Origin: Hypanus sabinus
Taxonomy: Eukaryota
Assembly: GCF_030144855.1 (NCBI RefSeq)
Contig: NC_082731.1
Location: 21,948,001-22,012,000 of the forward strand
Length of the DNA stretch: 64,000 nt
Direction of reading: 5' to 3'
A program made the position numbers and the translations under genes. Shown piece by piece: positions 63,976-64,000 of the stretch (positions are counted from its first letter, which is position 1; each line of letters begins with the position of its first letter). Under the pieces are notes generated by a model. The model made no database searches. It was given only the letters and a program-made list of their open reading frames with translations, and was not told the DNA's origin.

Positions 63976-64000
63976 AATAATACATCTCTCGGGATAACGT

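Noticed and set aside
1-64000. Constant-region exons, true tRNA/rRNA genes, or a prokaryotic or viral defence system
   Set aside because: No C1-set or transmembrane TCR exon, complete cloverleaf, operon or long intact ORF was seen. Remaining short ORFs are TE fragments, microsatellite read-through or chance.

Overview
This is vertebrate genomic DNA, not prokaryotic. The repeat families and V-gene style suggest a cartilaginous fish, possibly a ray; that is an inference. The window is part of the variable-segment array of a T-cell receptor alpha/delta-type locus, with all V segments on the minus strand. Three V segments look complete (leader exon, phase-1 intron, V exon, 23-bp-spacer RSS): a TRDV1-like V at 16.8-17.2 kb and two paralogous TRAV-like Vs at 45.1-45.6 and 55.1-55.5 kb. 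There is also a truncated V half-gene at 57.9-58.2 kb, several decayed V relics at 5-20 kb, and a J-like relic at 48.0 kb lying between two Vs. Much of the rest is decayed mobile DNA: CR1, RTE, Rex1 and L1-like LINEs, Gypsy and retroviral pol remnants, solo LTRs, inverted Penelope-like elements with hammerhead-like cores, a Tc1 deletion derivative, a tRNA-derived SINE and microsatellites. Two local duplications (about 34.5-45.9 kb vs 49.8-55.9 kb, and 55.3-57.9 kb vs 57.9-60.4 kb) explain how the TRAV-like family expanded. No constant exon, convincing D segment or CRISPR array was found. Most ORFs in the supplied track are TE fragments or chance. All alignments were done by eye and no database searches were run.
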